64,000 bases of DNA, from NCBI GenBank assembly GCA_020831775.1, contig JAFIFZ010000031.1:449-64448 (forward strand), read 5' to 3'. Source of the stretch: Phycisphaerales bacterium (GTDB lineage Bacteria; Planctomycetota; Phycisphaerae; Phycisphaerales; UBA1924). The notes beneath the pieces are model-generated. The model was not told the origin of the DNA, did no database searches, and worked only from the letters and a program-made list of their open reading frames with translations. Below are positions 1 through 8,157 of this stretch, one piece after another. The number at the start of each line of letters is the position of its first letter. Positions within the stretch are counted from its first letter, which is position 1. The position numbers and the translations under genes are program-made.

Positions 1-102
1 GAGCAGGACGGTCACCCACCCGGCGGGGAACGAGGCATCGACCCCGGAGAGCACGGGCGTGCCGGGCCTGTATGAGAAGGTAAGGTCACGCACCTCGATC
101 AT
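1..102 (-). CDS. ABC transporter ATP-binding protein, N-terminal fragment (gene runs off the window start)
   Basis: The reverse complement of 1..102 reads MIEVRDLTFSYRPGTPVLSGVDASFPAGWVTVLL from an ATG at 100..102. This is the typical N-terminal strand region that precedes Walker A in ABC ATPases. Only 34 codons are visible. Confidence 0.45.
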   Translation of the reverse strand, partial: MIEVRDLTFSYRPGTPVLSGVDASFPAGWVTVLL

Positions 103-291
103 CGGCTGATGGTACTGGGCGCGGGGCCGGGCGTGGCGCCCATGAAAGCAAGATTGGGGCCGGATGGGGCCCGGGTGGAGCGGGCCGGACTGGCGTTCGG
201 CGCGGGGCCGCCGTAGGCTTCCGCTCGCGCCGTCGGAGTGCGGGCGTCGCCCGCAGCGGGAAGACGGGCTGTTTTTTAGAGGTGTGGATCG

Positions 292-1281
292 ATGAGCGAA
301 GGTTCGGGCAGAACGGTCGGTGTGACGGGGGCGACGGGGTTCGTCGGCCGCTACACGGTGCGCGAGCTGCTCGGGCGTGGTCACCGCGTGCGGGCGCTGG
401 TCCGCGATGTCGAGAAGGCGGGCAAGATCCTGCCCACCGAGGACGAGCGGCTGGACCTGGTCACCGGCGACCTGCACGACCGTGCGGCGCTGGAGCGACT
501 GGCAAACGGGGCCGACGCACTGGTGAACACCGTCGGCATCATCCGCGAGGCGACGGGGGGCCAGACCTTCCAGCGCATCCATGTCGAGGGGGCGACGCGT
601 CTGGTCGGCGCCGCCGTCCGCGAGGATGTGAAGCGGATCGTGCAGGTCTCGGCGATCGGCGTCCGCGACGAGGGCGTCTGCGAGTACCAGCGGAGCAAGT
701 TCGAGGCCGAGACGATCATCCGCCAGAGCGGGCTGGCGTGGACGATCCTGCGTTCGAGCCTGGTGCACGGGCCCGACGGCGAGTTCGTCCAGATGGTGCG
801 GGGCTGGGTGACCGGCAAGGCGGCGCCGCATGTCTTCATCCCATACTTCCAACGGCTCGAGTCTGGGCCCCCGATCCCCGGGCTGGGGAAGATGAGCGAC
901 GCGAAGATCGCGCCCGTCGCCGTCGAGGACCTGGCGTGGGCGATCGGCGAGAGCCTCGACCGCAAGGCGGCCGAGGGCGAGGTGTACAACATCACCGGCC
1001 CTGAAGAGCTGACGATGCCGGAACTGCTCAAGCTCTTCCAGGAGCGCGTGCCCCTGGCCAAGAAGGGCCTCAGGATGATCCCTCTGCCCGACAAGGCCGG
1101 CGCGATGGTGGCGAAGGCCGCCAGGCTGACCGGCCTGCAGCACGCGCTGCCCTACGACGAGGGGATGGCGCTGATGGCCGGGGAAGACACGACCGCCGAG
1201 CCGGTCAAGGCGCGCGAGCACCTTGGGTTCCGTCCCCGCCCGTTCCGGGCGACCGCCGAGGCCTACGCGCCGAAGCTTTGA
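292..1281 (+). CDS. NAD(P)-binding SDR-superfamily protein (NmrA / complex I NDUFA9-like epimerase-dehydratase fold)
   Basis: N-terminal Rossmann motif VGVTGATGFVGRYTVRELLGRGHRVRALVRD. The 329 aa ORF has GC3-rich codons, and the overlapping ORFs are Arg/Pro-rich shadows. Confidence 0.8.
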   Translation: MSEGSGRTVGVTGATGFVGRYTVRELLGRGHRVRALVRDVEKAGKILPTEDERLDLVTGDLHDRAALERLANGADALVNTVGIIREATGGQTFQRIHVEGATRLVGAAVREDVKRIVQVSAIGVRDEGVCEYQRSKFEAETIIRQSGLAWTILRSSLVHGPDGEFVQMVRGWVTGKAAPHVFIPYFQRLESGPPIPGLGKMSDAKIAPVAVEDLAWAIGESLDRKAAEGEVYNITGPEELTMPELLKLFQERVPLAKKGLRMIPLPDKAGAMVAKAARLTGLQHALPYDEGMALMAGEDTTAEPVKAREHLGFRPRPFRATAEAYAPKL

Positions 1282-1321
1282 TCTAATCGCACACGCCCTT
1301 TCCCGGGCGTCGAGAGGCTCC

Positions 1322-3787
1322 ATGCCGCTGCAATACGAGAAGAGACTTCTCTCCCATCTCCGCCACGACGACTACCGCCCGCAGCACATCGTGCAGATCG
1401 CGCGTGAACTCCGGATCGAGGATGTCGAGGACTTCGGGCGGGCGGTGAAGGAACTGGCCGAGCGGGGCGTCGTCTCGCTCGACGAGTCGGGCAAGGTCGA
1501 GCTCCCGTCGCTGGACGACCAGGGCGGCGAGATCGTCGGGATCTTCCGGGGATCGGCCAAGGGGTTCGGCTTCGTTGTGCCGGATTCGACGACGCGCGAG
1601 GGCGATGTCTTTGTTCCCCCCCGCGACACGCTCGACGCGATGACGGGCGACCGCGTCCGCGTCGAGCTCCGCCGCGACCACGGGCGCGAAAAGAGCGGCG
1701 AGCATCAGGGCAAGCAGTTCCAGGGACGCGTCGTCGAGATCCTCGAACGTAAGCGCACGACATTCTCCGGCGAGGTCTACAAGCAGGGCGAGCAGTGGCT
1801 CGTGCAGCCCGACGGCAAGCTGCTGACCGACCCGATCGTCGTCCGCGACGCCGAGGCGAAGAATGTCAAGCCGGGCGACAAGGTCATCGTCGACATCACC
1901 GAGTTCCCCGAGGGCGACTACCTGCCCGAGGGCGTGATCAGCAAGGTGCTCGGCGAGGCGGGCCAGCCCGATGTCGAGACGCAGGCGGTAATCCTCGCCC
2001 ACGGGCTCCCCGGCGAGTTCGAGGACGAGGTGCTCGACAACGCCCGCGAGGTCACCCGCGCGTTCGAGCTCGATATCGAAAAGTTTGAGCAGGACGGCAA
2101 GCTCGAAGGGCGCGAGGACCTGAGCGAAGAGTTCATCTTCACCATCGACCCGCCCGACGCCAAGGACTACGACGACGCGATCAGCATCCGTCGCCTGCCC
2201 GACGGCGGGTGGGAGCTGGGCGTCTACATCGCCGATGTCGGACACTTCGTCGAGCACGGCTCGCCCCTGGACAAAGAGGGGAGAGAGCGGGGCAACAGCG
2301 TCTACCTGCCCCGCCTGGTCATCCCGATGCTGCCCGAGCTGTTGAGCAACGGGATCTGCTCGCTGCAGGAGCGCGTGCCGCGCTTCGCCAAGGCGGCCTT
2401 CGCCACGTACAACAAGAACGGCGAGGTGACGGCCGAGGGCGTGCAGAGCGTCATCATCAACAGCGCCAAACGCCTGACCTACCTCGAAGCGCAGGCCCTG
2501 ATCGACGGCGACCCCGAAGAGGCCAAGAAGCACGCCAAAACCGAGCCGAACTACACGCCCGAGCTGCTCGAAGCGCTCAAGGAGGCCGACAAGCTCGCCC
2601 GCGCGATCCGCGGGCGGCGCGAGCGCCAGGGCATGATCTCGCTGGAGCTGCCCGATGTCGAGCTGATCTTCGACGAGAACGGGCGCGTGATCGACGCCGA
2701 GCCCGAGGACGACGCCTTCACGCACACGATCATCGAGATGTTCATGGTCGAGGCGAACGAGATCGTCGCCCGGCTGTTCGAGTCGATGAATGTCCCGCTC
2801 TTACGCCGCGTGCACCCCGAGCCGACGCCCGGCGACACCGAGGACCTGCGCAAGGCCGCGACCGTCGCGGGCTACAAGATCCCCAAGAACCCGACGCGCG
2901 ACGAGCTGCAGTCGCTCCTGAACGCGACGCGCGGCACCCCCGCCTCGCGCGCCGTGCACATGGCCGTGCTGCGCACGCTCACCAAGGCCGAGTACTCGCC
3001 CGCCCTCATCGGCCACTTTGCGCTGGCCAGCGAGGCGTACGCCCACTTCACCAGCCCGATCCGGCGCTACCCCGACCTGACGGTGCACTGGGCCCTGGCT
3101 GAGTACCTCGAACGCACCAAGAACGGGAGCAAGCGCCCCAGAGACAGCAAGGAGCGCAAGAACCTCGGGCGCGAGCTGCGCGACAGCGAACGCTGCCTCG
3201 ACCTCGAAGACCTCGTCACGCTCGGCAAGCACTGCTCGGGCACCGAGGAGCGCGCAACAGAGGCCGAACGCGAGCTGCGTCAGTTCCTCGTGCTCCAGCT
3301 CCTGGCGGAAAAGATCGGCGAGGTGTACGACGCGGTGGTGACAGGCGTCTCGCCCCGCGGCGTCTTCATCCAGCTCAACAAGTTCCTCTCCGACGGGCTG
3401 ATCAAAACCAGCGACCTGCCCGGCGATGTCACGCGCGGGGGCCAGCGCCCCAACTGGAAGATCGACAAGCGCAGCGGCGCCCTCGTCGACGCCAACAGCG
3501 GGCGATCGTTCAACATGGGCGATTCGGTCCGCGTCTCGATCGCGGCGGTCGACCTGGCCAAGCGCCAGCTCGAAGTCGTGATCGACGACCCCGAGTCCCG
3601 GGCCGCGGGCAAGGCCAAGGGCATCGCGGGCCTGAAGCTCGGCGACGGGGCCGACCTCGGCGGGCTGGCCGGCGGGGGCGGCGCGGGCTTTAAGACCCCA
3701 GGCGCCGTGCGTCGCAGCAAGAAGAGCAAGTCCCGCGACCGGGCCAAGACCGACTACCGCGACGACCGCAAGAAGAAGCGGAAGTAA
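1322..3787 (+). CDS. rnr: Ribonuclease R (RNB-family 3'-5' exoribonuclease with S1 domain and basic C-terminal tail)
   Basis: RNB catalytic region motifs (FTIDPPDAKDYDDAISI, HFALASEAYAHFTSPIRRYPDL), an S1-like segment (YDAVVTGVSPRGVFIQL) and a Lys/Arg-rich tail. I moved the start to ATG 1322 (MPLQYEKRLL) because the ORF-track start at 1223 overlaps the upstream gene. Confidence 0.9.
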   Translation: MPLQYEKRLLSHLRHDDYRPQHIVQIARELRIEDVEDFGRAVKELAERGVVSLDESGKVELPSLDDQGGEIVGIFRGSAKGFGFVVPDSTTREGDVFVPPRDTLDAMTGDRVRVELRRDHGREKSGEHQGKQFQGRVVEILERKRTTFSGEVYKQGEQWLVQPDGKLLTDPIVVRDAEAKNVKPGDKVIVDITEFPEGDYLPEGVISKVLGEAGQPDVETQAVILAHGLPGEFEDEVLDNAREVTRAFELDIEKFEQDGKLEGREDLSEEFIFTIDPPDAKDYDDAISIRRLPDGGWELGVYIADVGHFVEHGSPLDKEGRERGNSVYLPRLVIPMLPELLSNGICSLQERVPRFAKAAFATYNKNGEVTAEGVQSVIINSAKRLTYLEAQALIDGDPEEAKKHAKTEPNYTPELLEALKEADKLARAIRGRRERQGMISLELPDVELIFDENGRVIDAEPEDDAFTHTIIEMFMVEANEIVARLFESMNVPLLRRVHPEPTPGDTEDLRKAATVAGYKIPKNPTRDELQSLLNATRGTPASRAVHMAVLRTLTKAEYSPALIGHFALASEAYAHFTSPIRRYPDLTVHWALAEYLERTKNGSKRPRDSKERKNLGRELRDSERCLDLEDLVTLGKHCSGTEERATEAERELRQFLVLQLLAEKIGEVYDAVVTGVSPRGVFIQLNKFLSDGLIKTSDLPGDVTRGGQRPNWKIDKRSGALVDANSGRSFNMGDSVRVSIAAVDLAKRQLEVVIDDPESRAAGKAKGIAGLKLGDGADLGGLAGGGGAGFKTPGAVRRSKKSKSRDRAKTDYRDDRKKKRK

Positions 3788-3799
3788 TCTCCGCGATCC

Positions 3800-4300
3800 T
3801 CAGGCGGAGACGACCGTGTTCAGCGCGTTGACGAAAGTGGCCTGGTCCCAAGGCGTGTTGGGGCCGTGCCACGGGTCATGAATGTAGAAGTTCTGCTGGT
3901 CGTACCCCTTGAGCACCACCCAGTGCCCCTGATCGCCCAGGATGCCCATGCGGCAGTACGCCCCCGAGCACATCAGCGGGCCCCGGCTGGAGAGCAAGTG
4001 GCGCAGGCCCGCGGCCGAGCCCGGCGTCGCCCTGATCTGCAGCGGGTAGTTCTGCGTGATGTCGTTGGCGTCGAGCCCGGAGACGGCGCCCCGGGGGTTG
4101 CTCTGCATCGCGATGTTGGCCGCGAACCCGTGGAACTGGCCCATCATGAACACGCAGGCGTCGCCGCACATGTTCGCGTGGATCTGCTTCTGGTACGGAA
4201 CGGGGTAGCTGAACTTCCCGGCGTCGGCGGGCTGGACGCGGGTCTTGTCGTAGTCACCCCGTCCGAACAGGGACTTGGCGACGCACATCGGAACCTTCAT
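3800..4300 (-). CDS. Standalone C39-like papain-fold cysteine peptidase domain protein (166 aa, no signal peptide)
   Basis: The motif layout matches the bacteriocin-processing C39 domain: Q39-x5-C45 (QIHANMCGDACVFMMGQFHG), GH126WVVLKG and IHD142PWHG. I chose ATG 4298..4300 (MKVPM) with GAGGAGG upstream. The ORF-track 5' extension to 4795 is Arg/Gly-rich shadow sequence overlapping the next gene. Confidence 0.65.
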   Translation of the reverse strand: MKVPMCVAKSLFGRGDYDKTRVQPADAGKFSYPVPYQKQIHANMCGDACVFMMGQFHGFAANIAMQSNPRGAVSGLDANDITQNYPLQIRATPGSAAGLRHLLSSRGPLMCSGAYCRMGILGDQGHWVVLKGYDQQNFYIHDPWHGPNTPWDQATFVNALNTVVSA

Positions 4301-4350
4301 CGCACGGGCCTCCTCTCGCGTGGACGCGGATCGCGCCACACGAGCGGAGA

Positions 4351-5331
4351 TTAGCCGATCCCACGCTGCCACGGGAAGCGCTCGGGGATCAGCCCCGGCC
4401 TGTCCTGAAGCCAGCCCACCAGCCACTCGAAGGCGTCGACCAACCTCGGGCCCGGGCGGTTGAACATCTGGTTGCCGTCGACGATCGCGACACGACCGTT
4501 CCTGACCGCGGGCAGGGCCTCCCACCAGTCTTCCAGCGCCAGGCGTTCGGTCTCCCGCGAGGCCTCGTCGAGCGTCAGCCCGCAGGGGCAGACAACCAGG
4601 GCCTCGGGCTTGACGGCGCAGAACACATCGGGCGGCACACGGACCGACGGCCCCGCAAGGCGCTGGCCCTGGCCCATCCCCGCCCCGGCCCCCGAGCCCT
4701 TCACCGCGACCGTCTCGTTGAGCGGGTGGCGCCCCCCCGCCCGCTCGATCATCTGCACCGTCCAGTGCCCTGCGACGAAGATGGGGTCGGTCCACTCCAT
4801 GAAGCCGACGACCGGCCCCTCGTCGTACGCGTTGACATGCTCCTGGGCCCGGTACAGGCGTTCTCGGAGCCTGACGACCTCGGCCCTCGCCCGCTCACCC
4901 TCGCCGATCGCCTCGCCGACGCGCAAAGTGTCGTCGAGCACATCTTCAACGCCCTTGGGGTTGAGGCTGAGCAGGCGGGGCTTGGCGCCCGTTTCCGCCC
5001 CGATCCGGTCCACGACCGATCGGACGCTGTTCAGGTCGATCGAGCAGACCGAGCAGAGATCCTGCGTGATGATCAGGTCCGGACGCAAGTCGGCGAGGAG
5101 TTCGGCGTTGAGTGTGTACAGGGCCTCGCCCACCTCCAGGCTCTTGCGGACCTCGCGGTCGACCTCCGCCGCCCCGCCCGGGGTGTAGGAAGTCCGCTGA
5201 GCGGTCAGCACGGGAACGCCGGCGACGGAGGACGGAAAATCGCACTCGTGGCTCCGTCCGACCAGGCGGTCGCCGGCGCCGAGGAGGCAGAGGATCTCTG
5301 TCGCTGAAGGGACAAGACTGACGATGCGCAT
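4351..5331 (-). CDS. BtuF/FhuD-like (cluster A) periplasmic-binding-protein-fold protein, lacking a signal peptide
   Basis: It starts MRIVSLVPSATEILCLLGAGDRLVGRSHECDFP and contains PDLIITQDLC, typical of cobalamin/iron-siderophore ABC substrate-binding proteins. The ATG is at 5329..5331. The rest of the 563 aa track ORF is an upstream extension into the divergent secretin gene. Confidence 0.7.
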   Translation of the reverse strand: MRIVSLVPSATEILCLLGAGDRLVGRSHECDFPSSVAGVPVLTAQRTSYTPGGAAEVDREVRKSLEVGEALYTLNAELLADLRPDLIITQDLCSVCSIDLNSVRSVVDRIGAETGAKPRLLSLNPKGVEDVLDDTLRVGEAIGEGERARAEVVRLRERLYRAQEHVNAYDEGPVVGFMEWTDPIFVAGHWTVQMIERAGGRHPLNETVAVKGSGAGAGMGQGQRLAGPSVRVPPDVFCAVKPEALVVCPCGLTLDEASRETERLALEDWWEALPAVRNGRVAIVDGNQMFNRPGPRLVDAFEWLVGWLQDRPGLIPERFPWQRGIG

Positions 5332-5419
5332 AGACGCAGAGCGTAGGAACGGCCCTGAGGGCTCAACCCGGCGCATCGAGACGCGTACAAGAGAGGTTCC
5401 GGCTACGCTAGGGTCGCCG

Positions 5420-8152
5420 ATGGAGAAGACGCCGATGGATCGACGCCGAACCAGAGCCCGAACAATGAGCCGCCCGCCCCTCCGACTGGCCGCCGCTGCG
5501 GGCGTCGCGTTGGCGTTGTGGATGGCGCCCGCCGAAGCCTTGGCCCAGTCCGAGGACGACGGCCAGCCCCGCACCGTCACCGGCCGCCAGGGGCAGGAGA
5601 CGCGGGATATCCAAGCCGCGGCCGAAGAAGCCGCCGAGGCCCGCGAGGAATTCCGCGACCAGGCGACCCGCGAGGAGCTCGAAGCGCTGCAGGGCACACG
5701 CCGTGGCACGATCCAGGAGGGCCAGCAGGGCAGGCAGCCGGCCCGCCCGGGAGAGGCCGGCGCACGCCAGCCCGGCGATGTGGCGGCCCGCTCGCCGCAA
5801 GAAATAGAAGCCGCGATCGACGAGGAGGGGCTGATCCGCTTCAGCGCCTTCACCGAGGGCGTGGACCTGCTGGACCTGGTGAACTTCGTCGCCGAGACGC
5901 TGCAGATCAATGTGACGGTCGACCCGACGCTCTCGGGGTCGGTCACCTTCAACGCCTCGTTCGCGGTGCGTCGCAGCGAGCTCTTGCCCCTGCTCAACAC
6001 GCTGCTGGAGCAGCAGGGCTTTGCGATCACCCGCGACCGCATCGGCTTCTACCAGGTCACCCAGGTCGGGCAGATCCGGCCCAAGTTCGCCGATGAAGAC
6101 GGCCTGATCGCCACGAAGATGATCCCGACGCGGAACCTCCGCCCCTCGGCGATCGACGACGCGGTTCGCACGATCCTCGGCGACCGCCCGGCGAAGGTGA
6201 GCTACCTCGACCAGCTCGGCCTGATCCTCATCAGCAGCTCGCCCGACGATGTCGCGACCATCAGCGAGCTCGTCGAGCGGATCGTCCTCGAACAGACCCG
6301 CCTCGAGTGGATCCGTTTCGAGCTGAACAACCTCGCGGCGCCCGTCGCCCGCGATCGGGTCGTCGATCTTCTGGGCGCTTCGGCCCCGCAGACGCTGGCG
6401 GTCGCGCCCGGACAGCCGCAGCAGGCCCAGCAACGCCAGCAGCAACAGCAGCAGCGCGATACCAGAGCACCCGCCCGCCCCACCGACGGGCTGGAAAACC
6501 TGGTCGAGCGTCTGACGATCGACCCGCAGGGCAACGCGCTGATTTTCCGGGGCCGCGCCGACGAGGCCGAGCAGGTCCAGCGCGTCCTGGCGATCGTGGA
6601 TCAGCCCAGCTCGCTCCGGCCCCGGCGGTATTTCACCGGCACCGCGACGCGTGACATCGCCCGCTTTGCCGCCCAGCAGGGTTTGGGCGAACTGACGACC
6701 ATCTCCGTCGAGCAAGTCGACCCGTTCGGCGGGGGCTTCCAGCCCGGCATGCAGCAGCCCGGCCGCTTCACTGTCCCCGGCCAGCAGCAGTTCCAACAGC
6801 CCGGCTTCGGCGTCCAGCAGGGCCAATTCAAGGGCGGGCCCGTGCTCGTGCTCGACGAGGAACGCGGGTACATCGTCTACTACGGCACACCCGCCCAGCA
6901 GGACAAGCTCCAGCAGCTCGTCGAGCAGTTCCGACCCGAGGACGAGCACATCGTCATCCGCGAGTACCGCCTCGAGCACGGCGACGCCGAACAGGTCGGC
7001 GAGCTCCTCCGCGCGATCCTCCTGCAGGAGCCCCAGACCGGCAACGGCGGCGGGCTGCTCCCCGGCGGAACCGGCGCCGGCACCCGTTCGCCCACCACCG
7101 GGCGGAACCTCGCCAGCGGACGCGTCCCCCAGCCCCCGGCCGAACCCGGCGCCGCCGCGGCGTCCGGCGAGGCCTCCTTCACAGGGCGCCCCGACCAGGT
7201 GCTGATCGCGGCCGACACCGCCAACAACCAGCTCCTCATCCGCGCCCCGCAGCGCCAGCAGTCCGAGCTGGAACGGATCATCGCCAAGATCGATGTCCGC
7301 AGGCCGCAGGTCTACATCGATGTCCAGATCGTCAGCCTCACCAACACCAACGATTTCCGACTGGCCGTCGAGACACAGTTGATCAACGCCGGCGGCTCGG
7401 GCGGGCTGCTGCAGTCCAACTTCGGGCTGACCTCGCCCGTCGAGGGCGGCGGGATCACCGATCTGCGTCAAGTGAACCCGAACCTCCGGGGCCTCACCAG
7501 CGCGCTGATCCTCTCCGACCAACTCCCCTTCGTCATCAACGCGATCCAGACCGTCACCGACGCGAAGGTCGTCGCCAACCCCTCGCTCCTGGTCGACAAC
7601 AACGAGACCGCTTCGATCATCAGCGTCCGCCAGGAACCCTTCCAGCAGTCGACGATCACCCCGGGCGGCAGCGAGGTCGTCTCGACCGAGTTCGCCGAGG
7701 CGGGCACCTCGCTCCTGGTCACCCCGCGGATCTCCTCGGGCGGGTACCTCCGCTTGGCGTACACGATCACGCTTTCGAGCTTCAGCGGGACGGAGGGCAA
7801 CCCCCCGCCCATCGACGACCGGACCGTCGAGGCCGACTCGGTGACCATCCCCTCCGACGCGACCATCGTCGTGGGCGGGATCTCGCTGGACACCATCCGC
7901 GACACGGTCATCAAGGTCCCGATCCTCGGCGACATCCCGCTGATCGGCCTGGCCTTCCGCGACACCCAGAAAGTCCAAACCGGCGAACTGCTGTATGTCT
8001 TCATCACCCCGCGCATCCTGGGCGACAAGCACTTCGGCGGGCACCGCCTCATCACCGAGGGACCGCGCCGCATCGCCGACATCGCGCCGGACATCCCCCC
8101 GATGAACCCGGTCCGGATCCCCTACTCGCCCGGCAGCGATCGCGGCGGCTGA
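5420..8152 (+). CDS. gspD: Secretin (type II secretion / type IV pilus outer-membrane channel, GspD/PilQ family)
   Basis: Signal-like N-terminus (RPPLRLAAAAGVALALWMAPAEALAQ), N0/N1-like repeats and a C-terminal secretin domain (VVANPSLLVDNNETASIISVRQEPF ... PILGDIPLIGLAFR ... LLYVFITPRIL). The start is uncertain: ATG 5420, 5435 or 5465. Confidence 0.8.
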   Translation: MEKTPMDRRRTRARTMSRPPLRLAAAAGVALALWMAPAEALAQSEDDGQPRTVTGRQGQETRDIQAAAEEAAEAREEFRDQATREELEALQGTRRGTIQEGQQGRQPARPGEAGARQPGDVAARSPQEIEAAIDEEGLIRFSAFTEGVDLLDLVNFVAETLQINVTVDPTLSGSVTFNASFAVRRSELLPLLNTLLEQQGFAITRDRIGFYQVTQVGQIRPKFADEDGLIATKMIPTRNLRPSAIDDAVRTILGDRPAKVSYLDQLGLILISSSPDDVATISELVERIVLEQTRLEWIRFELNNLAAPVARDRVVDLLGASAPQTLAVAPGQPQQAQQRQQQQQQRDTRAPARPTDGLENLVERLTIDPQGNALIFRGRADEAEQVQRVLAIVDQPSSLRPRRYFTGTATRDIARFAAQQGLGELTTISVEQVDPFGGGFQPGMQQPGRFTVPGQQQFQQPGFGVQQGQFKGGPVLVLDEERGYIVYYGTPAQQDKLQQLVEQFRPEDEHIVIREYRLEHGDAEQVGELLRAILLQEPQTGNGGGLLPGGTGAGTRSPTTGRNLASGRVPQPPAEPGAAAASGEASFTGRPDQVLIAADTANNQLLIRAPQRQQSELERIIAKIDVRRPQVYIDVQIVSLTNTNDFRLAVETQLINAGGSGGLLQSNFGLTSPVEGGGITDLRQVNPNLRGLTSALILSDQLPFVINAIQTVTDAKVVANPSLLVDNNETASIISVRQEPFQQSTITPGGSEVVSTEFAEAGTSLLVTPRISSGGYLRLAYTITLSSFSGTEGNPPPIDDRTVEADSVTIPSDATIVVGGISLDTIRDTVIKVPILGDIPLIGLAFRDTQKVQTGELLYVFITPRILGDKHFGGHRLITEGPRRIADIAPDIPPMNPVRIPYSPGSDRGG

Positions 8153-8157
8153 TCGGC

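Noticed and set aside
4301-4795. A 5' extension of the C39-like ORF, which would make it a 331 aa protein.
   Set aside because: The extension is Arg/Gly/Pro-rich, overlaps the 3' end of the BtuF-like gene, and lacks an RBS. An internal ATG at 4298..4300 has a GAGGAGG Shine-Dalgarno sequence and starts exactly at the recognisable domain.
6412-6460. The CAG/CAA-rich repeat, considered as a possible CRISPR-like or tandem-repeat locus.
   Set aside because: It is in frame within the secretin gene and encodes a poly-Gln linker. There is no repeat-spacer periodicity. No CRISPR array exists anywhere in the window.
5408-8044. An 878 aa minus-strand ORF antisense to the secretin gene. The same pattern recurs at 33072..35870(+), 42539..45787(-), 45891..47930(-), 50666..52627(-), 52266..54539(-), 59572..61737(-), 37853..40543(-), 30667..32631(+), 25458..27164(+), 21122..23194(-) and 1283..2725(-).
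   Set aside because: In every case the opposite strand or another frame encodes a protein with clear family motifs. These ORFs translate to Arg/Gly/Ala/Pro/Asp-rich low-information sequence typical of stop-codon-poor shadow frames in high-GC DNA.
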